64,000 nucleotides of DNA from assembly GCA_002633005.1 (NCBI GenBank), contig NMRA01000615.1:124001-188000 (forward strand), in the 5' to 3' direction. Source of the stretch: Phoronis australis. Its lineage: Eukaryota; Animalia; Phoronida. The position numbers were made by a program, and so were the translations under genes. The notes below the pieces were generated by a model. The model was not told the DNA's origin. It searched no databases and saw only the letters and a program-made list of their open reading frames with translations. This document shows, piece by piece, positions 1 to 12,200 of the stretch; position 1 is the first letter of the stretch; the number at the start of each line of letters is the position of its first letter.

Positions 1-10
1 CTACTTACAG

Positions 11-223
11 CCAGTTGTTCTACACGGACATAGGAGACAACTCCCGAATCGATGCCTGTGGACTGGAAGTGAACAACTGCTACATCGTTGTTGACCGGCT
101 AGGATGGCCCAATGCTTTGACCCTCGACACTGTTAGTGACCAGCTGTACTGGGTTGACTCCAAGTTCGAGACAGTGGAGACTGTTAATGTACACGGCCAG
201 AGGCGCAAGACACTGAGTGCCAG
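11..223 (+). CDS. VgR: VgR-like exon, YWTD propeller (LFYTD...LGWPNALTLD...LYWVDSK)
   Basis: ttacag acceptor at 9-10, donor gtaaaa at 224; YWTD-type motifs. Confidence 0.9.
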
Positions 224-3200
224 GTAAAAAGTTGGAGTTGTAAGCTAACGGCGACAGCATGTCAGAGATCGATCGACCTCTAATCCCTGTCTTTCCGGGT
301 CCTTTTTTCATAGTATCTGATGACAGTGTTTCCCAAAATTTGTGTTTTTAAGCTGTCATGAAATGGCAATCATTGGCTGATGACTCTTATCGCCACCTGC
401 TGGCTCTGCCAGGAAGTAGTAGTATTTCTTTGCAGAGCTGGGCATAAGGGGATGTTATTTTCAACTGAAAGTACCGTTTTACTGGGTGCAGACACGAGGT
501 ACTTTAAACGGATTCCGGAAGTAAATAGCCTCCCAGCCTCCAAGGTTGGTACAGAGCCTTGTGGCCATGTTGCTACTTGAAAGTCCTCCATTTGAGGTGA
601 TGTAGGATGCAGCTCATGCCAATATTGTAACCAGCTTTGGTCTACATCACTCGCCTCGATAAGCCAAAGTTAGTGGCACTCCATGTTTGTGTAAACGAGA
701 CGAAGTAGTTGAATGTAAATTTTATCCCGTAGGTTTTCAGTTTACGTGTAAACTGTATTCTAGTACTGTGTAAATAATGCACCTCTCCATCCTGTGATTT
801 TATCCACTCCCAAGTAAAAAGTAAAAAGGTTCCAATGAATAGCTGATTAAGTGCCAATTTTGGCAAAATTTGATGCATTTTTGATTTTGTTAATTGAGCA
901 TTTTGTCTTTGAATTACCTAATTCTTTTCAATGCAGACCTTGGACAATCTTCATTAAGACTACCGGTGTCGGCACTACAAAACTCTGACCAAGTATTTTT
1001 TTCACGTCATTGTAATTCTGTGCAGTCTTTGAGTATTCTGACTCTTGTTCTCCGTTTTTGGACTGATTGACAGATCTCTCGCATGTGTAAGAATAAGTTG
1101 TGTTGAATTCTCATTCAGAGCCATCCAACACTGCTTCAGCTTGGCCCTTCTTCACGACATGTTATACATCGCCGACTGGTTCAAGTCTCTCTCCATCCTG
1201 AATACCACAGGGGGATACCTACGGCCACTCCTGTCTGCCGATCGTAAGGTGTCTGGTGTTATTGCCATTTCAGCTCGGCAGCAAAATGGTAATTATGGAT
1301 TGTTGCACTTTGGGAGACAGAGTTATTTGATGTTCTGGAATTAGAGCATTGATGTTATGTATGACCCTAGAAAAATGTTCGAATTTGGCGAACTTTAGAC
1401 ATCATGTCTCAGAAATGGCTGTTCTGATTCATACGAAACATTCAGATACTAGGTTTTATGCACTGTTTTCTAATAAGTGCTTTTAGGATTGGTTTGAAAG
1501 TGTCCCTTTTTCGCAAGACAGGCTATCAAAAATAGGACTTGTTTATAAAATTACGATTATTAAAGAATCAAAATTTAAGTAAAATGAAAACAAATTAAGT
1601 TAGAAAACCAGCAACGTTTTGAGGTTTCACAATTATATGGAACGAAATTTGGTGATGTTATTGATGACATTTCACTATCAAGTAACCATGCACCTTTAAT
1701 TTCCCCTCGGCCGTCACCCTTAACCCTAATTCCTCTGAAATGGGTAGATAGACAGGTAAAATATGTTTTAAGGTTCAGTTCATTGTCAAGGCACTCTCAG
1801 TGTGTAGTCGCGTTGTTGTTGTTGTTGTTTTTTGAGAGATTGAAATTACCAAAGAACTGAGTTTTGAGGTGATGTGCATATTTTGCGATTGGTTGGACAA
1901 AGTGATAATTAATTTTTATTTTCACCGAATTCTCAACGGATTATTCAACCCATTTCCCTGTTGTCGATGGCATGTCTCCCTTTCCTGTTGGCAGGTACCA
2001 ATGACTGCGCTGTCGACAATGGTGGCTGTAGCAATCTGTGCATATATGTACCGTACAGCGCCCCCAAGTGTCTGTGTCCTTTAGGGATGATTCTGGACAA
2101 AGATGGCTCCAATTGTGTGTGTAAGTCTCTCTAGTACACGAGTTGTGCTGGAATGCATACGTTTAAGAGTTTTCAAATTGGGTTCAAGTTCTTCTAGTCG
2201 AAACACTGAGTAATTTTAAAAATAATTTTTTGTCACAAACTAGTGGTACACATCGTATCAGACTTGTGGGGGCTGCTCATGGGGTCCCATTCCACTGATC
2301 ACCTGGAGCCATTTTTATGCTTCGCATTCTGCTTATGGTATGAAGTCTAGTGTCCGTAAGTTGGGGTAGGTTAATGCAAACGGCCACTTAACAAGTACGC
2401 AGCAGTTTGTTTACATTAACAGTTTCGCATTTGATTTACCCCAGTGATGAGCCATCTGGCTGTCTGTGAGTAGAATGTGCCTGAGGATTTGGTTATTTCA
2501 AGTGTGCATTTTTCTCATTTGATTTTAAAAGTTAATTATGAATTATCTTATCTCGACCACAACCCCGATGGTCAAAATAGACTCACATTTGCCAAAGATA
2601 CACCTACAATAGTTCCATTGATAAACAGCACTCTCTGTGATCTGGCATACAAATGGTGTCATCAACCTGGGTTGAGTTACCAGTTGTGTAAACTACCTGA
2701 GTTCAGACCCTTAGTGAAAACCGAGCTGAGGAGCTAGAGACTTGACTCAAGGGTCTAGCAGTGTGGCGCAGTGGACTGAAACCCACAACCTTGTCTAAAT
2801 GGAACAGTCACCTATCTCACTAGGCTACACCACTTCCTCAAAGAAGCCACGTTAAGTATCCACTTTACGTCATTGAAATGAAAAGGATGACACTTGTACT
2901 GAAGTTTAACAAGCGAACATGTTCATTTGTTTCGAGTGGTCTATTTGACAGCCCTCGTTGTATGCATTTCAGTCAGATGTATCTCTCCCAATGTGGCCTG
3001 CGACAACGGCACGCTTTGCATCGACAATGATGACATCTGCGACGGTTCCATCGACTGTCAAGACAGAAGTGACGAATCACACGACATGTGTAGGCTGAAA
3101 ATGCCGTGTTCGTCGGACGAGTTTGAGTGCACTTCTATGTTTCAGTGTGTCTCGCTCGCGTATGTCTGTGACAGGGACTCTGACTGTCATGATGGCTCCG

Positions 3201-6200
3201 ATGAGTATGATTGTAGTATGTTGGTTCTGCATTTCACCACAAGGTGGAGCCTGTATCTCATTAGTCATCATGCATGTATTTCAAAATCCAACATATCCCA
3301 TTGAGATCGAGAATACCAGCAAAATCTGTAGTCTCTGAAGGCAGGATTTGAAAATGCCCTTAATTGTCAGACATTTGTGAGACTGACGACAATTCTGTAT
3401 GTCTAGTTTCAGAGAATAGCCTGCAATACTGCATTTGGTTGGGAGTAGTCTAGCTCGAATTTTTATTCAGTAAACAAAAAATAACTCGTGAATAAATTAC
3501 GAAATTTGATGGAACTCTGACTTGCAGAAAATTAGTGTTTCAATGCAAAATTTTTTTGTGTACCAAAGTTTGCCTGAATCTCCAGAAAATTCTCCATGTT
3601 CTTCCACTTTTACCTGAAATCTTACCGTCACTGATTATAATGGCATGGCGAGTTCCACCAGGCTTACAGATTAGCATGCCTGTCCATATAATAGGCCTTA
3701 GCAATTTATTGCTCTCATGAACAGTTGACCTTTGCTATGCAAATAGTCATCGAAGTTGGGGTACTGCAGCATTCAAATGCATGTGTGAAAGTGTGACACA
3801 TTTTTGACCTTTGACTTTCATACACATGACCTTTGACACCATTTAGAACCTACTCCGGCTGTGAACTGTACACTGGACGAGTTCCACTGTGCTGATGACG
3901 TTTGTGTGCCTAAGGAATCTGTTTGTGATGGTGTCGAGGATTGTCGTCAAGGCGACGATGAAGCTAGGTGCACGGCAACATCGTGTACTGATAGGTGAGT
4001 AGTCTTACTAGTTCATTCCTACAGCTCATTTCACTGCTATTGTTGTCTGAAATGCTTCAAGAGTGACCAGGTTCACTTTTGTCGAGATGCGCACACAATT
4101 TATTCTCTGTGACATGGTGACATTCTATGACAAAACTTGCTTGATACCTGAATTAACATTTTGACCAACATGCTGTCATACATGTGTTGTAATCCACTGA
4201 GCCAAGTTGGCTGTTAGTGCTTTGTTAAAAAAACAGTGCAGGTGGCCTGACGTGATTTGCGGTGCATCAGACGTGCGCACGCTTCATGGTTGGGCACAAA
4301 ACACCTAAAGTACGAGAGCCCATTATGGTTCTTAAGTTTTCAAGTCTGTCAGTCTCCTTTAAGAAAACGGACAGACTCGTTCATTTGTTGCCATGCACTA
4401 TATGTTATAGGCATGTAACAGTGCCATCCAGTAGGTTGCTTAACTGGGTATCACGCTTATTTTTTATCGCATCAAGTGTGTTATGTCATGCGGAGAAAGG
4501 GGTGCGTGAGGAAGACATGGGCACTTGAACACTACTTTATAGGGGACTGGCTTGATACTCTAGCAACATGTTTTTGTCAACACACTAGGTATGGGAATCG
4601 CTTTTCATAGAATTGTCGAGCAAGAGTTATAATATACAGTTTTTGTATCGTATAAGGTATTCCACACTATGCGGTTGTTCCTTTTAAAATTTGTAAACTA
4701 ATGGAATTCATCATGGTCTCTGACAAATACTTATGTGACAAAAGCAAAGTTGTTGTGACTTATACGTGCAAAAAGCGCAAATAAGTGACATTTTGAAAAT
4801 TTCATCAGAGAAAACTTTGTTTACATGAGACAACTCGTACGCTTACACTTGGGGTTTTCTTGCCCGACGCCTAATGGAGCCTGTAATAAACTGTTACTAA
4901 CCCATCATAATCTATTTGCAAATTAATGGTAGTTGCTTAGCTGCGATGGTGAAGAAAATCTATTGGCTAATTTCTCTTATAATGCCTCGATTTTAAAAGT
5001 TCAAAGACGACTAATAATTATTTACTTTTCAGTCCTGTTGGTCCTTTGTCTTACTTATCATTCCGTTTTTGACTTTGAAACTCGTACGATTAACAGGCGT
5101 GTTGGTTCACGACCGTAATTATCTCATCAAGCGCGTAACCAAGCCCATGAATATTGGCTAGCTCTATTCAATCGGAGCCATCAAGCCTTTGATGTGTCGA
5201 TGACTTCACTGGATATTCTGGGGTAAATTGTGCACGCTTTCTCATCCCCTTGCGTGGAAATCGTGTTAGCGTAAGATTTGCCTAATGTCGAGCTTACATA
5301 ATGGAATAAATGCATTTACGCATGCATGGCAGACATGAATTGCTTCTTAACTTGTTCACCTTTTGGGGGAGTTTAATTTGTTCATGTGGAAACTATGTCT
5401 GAGGAATGCTTGGAAAACGGACGGAAAATGTGAAACACAGCAAGAGAACTGTCATGGCCGTCTATATGTCATTCTCCATTGCCTCTGTTTGTTGTTTGTG
5501 ACCTTAATTGCCAAAACAGTCAATTTTTTCAAAGTGTCTGGTTACTATACATTGTTGCGAATATGCTGTCCATTGAAATACGAAAATTTGAGGAAAGGAA
5601 AAAATTCAACAGAGGTGCAACCTCACAAATGGCTGCAGCACTGAATGACGTCATTATAAGGGTCAGAAATCACTTCCAATCTGTTTGGTTGCCATTTGCT
5701 TCAAGCAAATGCTTTGAAGATGTCAAGGTTTGTTGTTGCTGTTTTGTCTAGATTCAACTGTGGCAATGGTCAGTGTGTACCGGACGAGTGGGTGTGCGAC
5801 ACACAGGAAGACTGTAACAACGGTGCTGACGAGCCAGACTCGTGCGTTTTCCAGTGTCTGTCCTCACAGTGGAGATGTGACAGTGGCCAGTGTACAAGCG
5901 CCTTCTTCAGGTGTGGAAATGTGACTTATGAAATGTGCTCATTTGATAGTCGAGAGAATTTGCATCCCTCATTATGTTTTTGTTGATTGCATTAAGTCTT
6001 GAAGGCAGGCTTCTCACTCAACAGACAGCTTTGCGGCCATGCGCTCAAAATGTACTATTAGTAATGCATTAATAAAAGAGATAAAGCCTTGGTGTGTCAA
6101 AGGTCGGGAGGGCGTGTGTATTACCACACCCTATTGGTTGATGTTTTTAAAGTGGCTAGAACTCTGCATTACATCAAGAATCAAACTTTAGGATTTAGTT

Positions 6201-9200
6201 CACTTTAAGATTGTTCTCGGCTTGCTTTTTACTGGAATGAGCAGTGATTTATGGGCTTTTAAGCAGCAGACAGCCATTTGAGACTAGTATTCAAGACTAG
6301 TCAACTTGTACTATACCTGGTCTCGAGCTGTAACGAGGTGCAATTCTTTCTGATCCGTGACATCACTTATAGTTTGGCCATTTGATACTAATTTCATAAC
6401 TTGTGTAATTGAACGAGTTGTTTTTTGTGTTGGTCGCAGCTATGTGGTAAGGACGCCACCCTGTTCTGATGGTATGCTAGTGGTTATTTTCTATGATTTG
6501 TAATAACGGTTGCTATAACTAGAAATTGTTATTTGGACTCTCTCTATTATCAAGATGCTTGGCATCATTTTCAAGTCAAAGAGAATACAGTTGTGAATAA
6601 TAAATGCTTCATTATTTTGTGCACTGTGATTTCTATGTGTTTGCCCTATTAGATGTGACGGTGCTTACGATTGTGAAGACCAATCAGACGAGGTGAACTG
6701 TACCAAAACCACATCGACAACGTGCAGCGACCAAGAGTTTGCGTGCGCCCCGGGAGGGCCGTGCATCGAGCGGTCAATGATGTGCGATGGTAATAGCGAT
6801 TGTTTGCACGGCACAGACGAGAGCCAACAGCTGTGTCGTTCTGGCCCGGTCACGTGTGCTGTGAACGAGTTCCTCTGTGTCGAGAGAGTGTAAGCCACAC
6901 ATGTTTGGTATTTTATATTCTTGTAGAATGTTTTAAAGGAAAGAAAAATCTTAAAGATTCCTTTTTTGAGAAATTGAGAAATATATGAAATGAAATTCCA
7001 CTTGCCTGCCTGACATACATAATCTTAGGGTTGGTAACTGGATGCACTAATTTTATCACAGAATTCAATAGGTGAGTTTATCAAAAGAGTGAAAAGGTGA
7101 AAAAATATCTTGATTTGTTAAGCAACTCTAATGCGAACACCATAATCTTACTGTGTGTGGTGTGAAATTACAGGTCGTCTACCGAGCAACTGTTGCGGTT
7201 TGCTCACCAATTTCAATCCTCATGAGAATGTGAGCTGGCAACGTGGGACAGTCTTTCACATCGTACTTGGGTTTGGGAAGATGTCCTAAACTTGCATGTT
7301 CCTAACTATGCTAATGTATAGCAGGAACTAAACAACAATGCTATTTTAACATAATCTACACTAAACAAAGTGCAGTAAAAATATGAGTTGTATTCATTCT
7401 CATCTTGTAAATGACTGAAAAAAATCAGCAGATAGGTGACCATTGCACTAATGACGTTCGTCGCGGGCTCACATAGCCCACATCACACAGTGTTATTCCG
7501 CAGCACCACGTAACGATACTTCCTGGATACGGTTCAGTAATTTCGGGAGGATCATTTTTGCCACAAAACTCATTCTTAAAAGCATTTGGCAATTTTCAAC
7601 ATACTTCATATTCTTATCATTGCAATATGTTAATGTGGTTCTAACTAATTTGACCAAGGATTCATAGAGATCAGGAATTAGGTAATGCAAGTTCCATGCG
7701 TGTTCTTTCCTGTCATATAGGTGCATCCCTGCTGACTGGGTGTGCGATGGCATGGACGACTGTGTTGGTGGTGAGGATGAGCAACAAGTTCAGTGCCTGC
7801 CCTCTGTTGTCATGACGATGAATCACGTGACTGGCGACTGTGAGGGCGAGATGTATCAGTGCTCTGCAGGCGACTGCTTGCCGCTGACGTCCGTGTGTGA
7901 CGGACGCATGGACTGTATCGAGGGATCTGATGAAGGAGGAGCTTGTGGTTAGTGGGCGGGTTCACTGTTAGATTCCGTTAATGGTAAAAAGATCTGATGT
8001 CATAGCTTTTGTTTTTTTTTCTAGTTCCCTCTGCGTCATTGCAAATGCTCAAAATTTTACCAAATGTGTTTGATGTTGGCTGTATACCCCTCCCTATGCT
8101 AACATCAAAATGTTGCAAAATTTGATGTAATGAATGCAGAGTAATTGTCCTTCATTATTGTACGGTATATTGAACTGCGGAATTTTAAACACAGTTCAAA
8201 GAGTTAATGTCACTGATTAATTATAATCCTTTTTGCAGCACAGTTACTATGTAGTTTCATAAGAATGATTTTTTTCAAGCACGTTGTACATTTATTTAAA
8301 CTAAAGACAGATTTATTTAGTAACAAATAGCAAGTTTCAACAATATTGGTGACAGTGACAATTGTTGAATTGTAATATTTTTGGCTAAAAGGTATATTTT
8401 GTTGAATAACTGAGCACATCCTGCTGCTTGTTCTGTAAATAGTTATTTCTGGCCATTCTACTTATTTCACTCGCCCTCACTTCTTGAAAAAGTTAGTTAT
8501 TTACTTGCATGCAAATATGTAAATCAGGTACCAAAAGTTTATTATTTAGTGCTTGAAACCAGAGCAGTAATAAACAGGCCCAACAGAGCTAGGGCATAAT
8601 CTCTGAATTCAGACTCTATTCAGGCTCACAGACTCAATTAATCAACCGTTCACGCTGCTTGTTTGGGGTCCCGATTTTTATGCTCCTATATATTTATATG
8701 TGGTCGCATATTGCCGCCATCTCTGTCCAGGCGTCTGGCGTCTGCAGCTGTATTTCCTAAATCACTCGCAGGATCTTGATGAGATTTGGCAATTGTGTTC
8801 CTATGAAGCTGACAGCGGATGACGACGAATTTTGGACCTTTCCAACTACCGGTGTGCCCCCTAATGGCAATTTTATTTTTTTTACGCTTGGCTCTGTATC
8901 TCCGGAAGTCCTCAACGTATTTTCACAAAATTTGAAATATTGGCATCTGTTAGTGAGCTGAAACTTTCCTCTCATTTGCGAATGGATGCAACATAGTTGG
9001 CGCCACCTAGTGGTCATTTTTACTGTTTTTGAGTCTGTTTTTGCTGTCCACCCCTCTATCAACCAAACTGCTCTAAGGATGATTGTGAAAATTGGCATGT
9101 ATGTTCTTACCAGGAAGAGGGTGGCTGACGATGATTTTCCGACCACTTTGACTATTGTGGCGCCTCCTAGTGGCAGTTTTTTTCCTCCCATGGATGTATC

Positions 9201-12200
9201 TCCTAAACCGTTTGCAGGATCTTTACCAAACTTATTAAATGTTATATAATGTTGACAATGGACAATGACAATTTTTGCAAGGATTGAACTACAGGTGCAC
9301 CCCCTAGTGGCAATTTAGCTTTTTACATTTATCTTTGTACCTTCAAAGGTCCTCAAGGTGTTTTCATAAAATTTGGAATATATACATCTGTTGGTGAGAT
9401 GTCTCTATCCTCCTGTTTCCGGATGGATTCCACGTATTTTCCGCCACCTAGTGGCCATTTTTTTCTGTTTTCGAGTCTGTTTTTTGGTATACGAGGTATT
9501 TTGCACTACCCAGTGACCATTTTCACTGTTTTTGAGTCGGGATTTTTTGGCGTCCATCCCTCTATCAACCAAACGGCTTTAAGGATAATTGTGAAAATTG
9601 GCATGTAATGTTTTCTTACTATGAATAGGATGGCTGACTATGATTTTCCGATGACTTCGAGTACTGTGGCACCTCCTTGTGGCAGTTTTTGTTTTTTTCT
9701 GCGCCTATGGCTTCATCTCCTAAACAGTTTGTAGATCTTTACTAAATTTAGCAAGTGTATTTATATGAAGCCAACAAGAGACGATGACTATGAGGCGGAC
9801 GCTGTGCGCCTTATTGGAATTTCATTTTTTCCACTTTCCTTTGTTTCTCTGAAGTTTCTCGACAGATTTTTATGAAATTTGTTGAATAGCTTTCTATTAA
9901 AGAAGTGGTGGCATGCTCAGTTTTCCGATGGACTGGACTTGTTGCGCCATCTAGTGGCTATTTTTATGTGCCCACATATTTATATGGGGACGCATTATGC
10001 CGTCATCTCTGTCCGTCCGTCCGTCCGTCCGTCCGTCCGTCCGTCCGGGCGGCGTCCGTCCGGCGTCCGGCGTCTGACGTCCGGCGTCCGCGGCTCTATC
10101 TCCAAAACCCTTTGACATACGTTCATGAAATTTGGCACATATGTTCCATTCATGAATGGGACGGCATGTGCGAACTTTCGGACGGATCCGACTACCGGTG
10201 TGCCCCCTAGTGGCAATTTTAGTTTTTTACGCTTACCTTTGTATCTTCAAAAGTCCTGAACGGATTTTCATGAAATTTGGTATGTAGGCACCTAGTAGTG
10301 AGATGACGCTATCCTGCCGTTTTCGGATGGATTCGACATAGTTTGCGCCACCTAGTGGCCATTTTTACTGTTTTCGAGTCTGTTTTTGTGCTTCCACCCC
10401 TCTATCAACCAAACCGCTCAAAGGATGATTGTGAAAATTGGCATGTATGTGCTTACTATGTAGAGGACGGTTGACGATGATTTTCCGACGATTTCGACTA
10501 CTGTGGCGCCTCCTAGTGGCAGTTTTGTTTTTTTTGCGCCTATGGCTGTATCTCCTAAACCGTTCGCAGGATCTTTACGAAATTGTGTAAGTATATTTAT
10601 ATGATGTTAACAACGGAAGATGACGACTTTTGGACGGATCCGACTACCGGTGTGCCCCCTAGTGGCAATTTTAATTTTTTTACGCTTACCTTTGTATCTT
10701 CACAAGTCCTTATTGGATTTTCATGAAATTTGGTATGTAGGCACCTATTAGTGAGATGACGCTATCCTCCCGTTTTCAGATGGATTCGACATAGTTTGCG
10801 CCACCTAGTGGCCATTTTTAGTGTTTTCGAGTCTGTTTTTGTGCGTCCACCCCTCTATCAACCAAACCGCTCAAAGGATGATTGTGAAAATTGGCATGTA
10901 TATGCTTACTATGTAGAGGATGGTTGACGATGATTTTCCGACGATTTCGACTACTGTGGCGCCTCCTAGTGGCAGTTTTGTTTTTTTGCGCCTATGGCTG
11001 TATCTCCTAAACCGTTCGCAGGATCTTTACAAATTGTGTAAGTATATTTATATGATGTTAACAACGGAAGATGACGACTTTTGGTCGGATCCGACTACCG
11101 GTGTGCCCCCTAGTGGCAATTTTAGTTTTTTACGCTTACCTTTGTATCTTCAAAAGTATTGAACGGATTTTCATGAAATTTGGTATGTAGGCACCTATTA
11201 GTGAGATGACGCTATCCTACTGTTTTCAGATGGATTCGACGTAGTTTGCGCCACCTAGTGGCCATTTTTACTGTTTTCGAGTCTGTATTTTTGCGTCCAC
11301 CCCTCTATCAACCAAACCGCTCAAAGGATGATTGTGAAAATTGGCGTGTATGTGCTTACTATAAGGAAGACAGCTGACAATGATTTTCAGACGATTTGGA
11401 CTACTGTGGCGCCTCCTAGTGGCAGTTTTGTTTTTTTGCGCCCATGGCTGTATCTCCCAAACCGTTTGCAGGATCTTTACTAAATTTAGCAAGTGTATTT
11501 ATGTGATGTTGACAACGGACGATGACGACTTTAGGATGATTCTGATTACCGGTATGCCTCTAGTGGCAATTTTAGTATTTGCCTCTAGTGGCAATTTTAG
11601 TATTTTACATTGACCTCTGTATTTTCATAGGTCTTCAGGTGTATACTTTGTGTTACTTCGTGACTGTGAAGGAAAAGTTCCAAGTAGAAATTTGTTTCTG
11701 GCATTCTAATGCTGTGCTAATCTCGTATGTTGGTAAATTTGTTTTTAATTCTATGTTTCTGTGGTGCTTTAAGCAACTGGTGTATAGGATGTGCTTGTAT
11801 TATGAAGATTACTCACATTTTGCCCCTAGCCTATTGAGGAGACAATGACCATGCCTTTCCATTTTGCAAAGTATGCCCTCTACTGGCCACTTTATGGTAC
11901 CAATAAACAACCCTAGAAGGATACCGTATGCGGTGCAATTGTGGGCGCATTTCAACGCTCCGCGTTGCTCTTGTTATGATAGAAATGAACAACTCTAGAA
12001 GCACATCGTTTGTGGTGCATTTGTGGGTGCATTTCAATGCTCTGTGTTGCTTTTGTTTAATTTGCTGAAAGTGTGTCAATTGTTGCATCTAGTTTTGATT
12101 GCGTAGATAGGACTACGGATCAGAACAGTATGGAACGTCTTGCTGGTTCTCTGCGTGCCGCTAGGAGGTCGGTAGCCAGCACGCAGGTATCACTTAATTT

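Noticed and set aside
8850-11605. Regularly spaced conserved motif resembling a CRISPR array
   Set aside because: The spacers are themselves repeated every third unit, are ~130 bp long, and the context is a eukaryotic intron with no cas genes.
8757-11613. Multiple ORFs (e.g. 8757..9191, 9905..10210, 10920..11162) with recurring PPSG peptides
   Set aside because: Translations of the tandem repeat; frames break between copies and the receptor exons splice across the region in phase.
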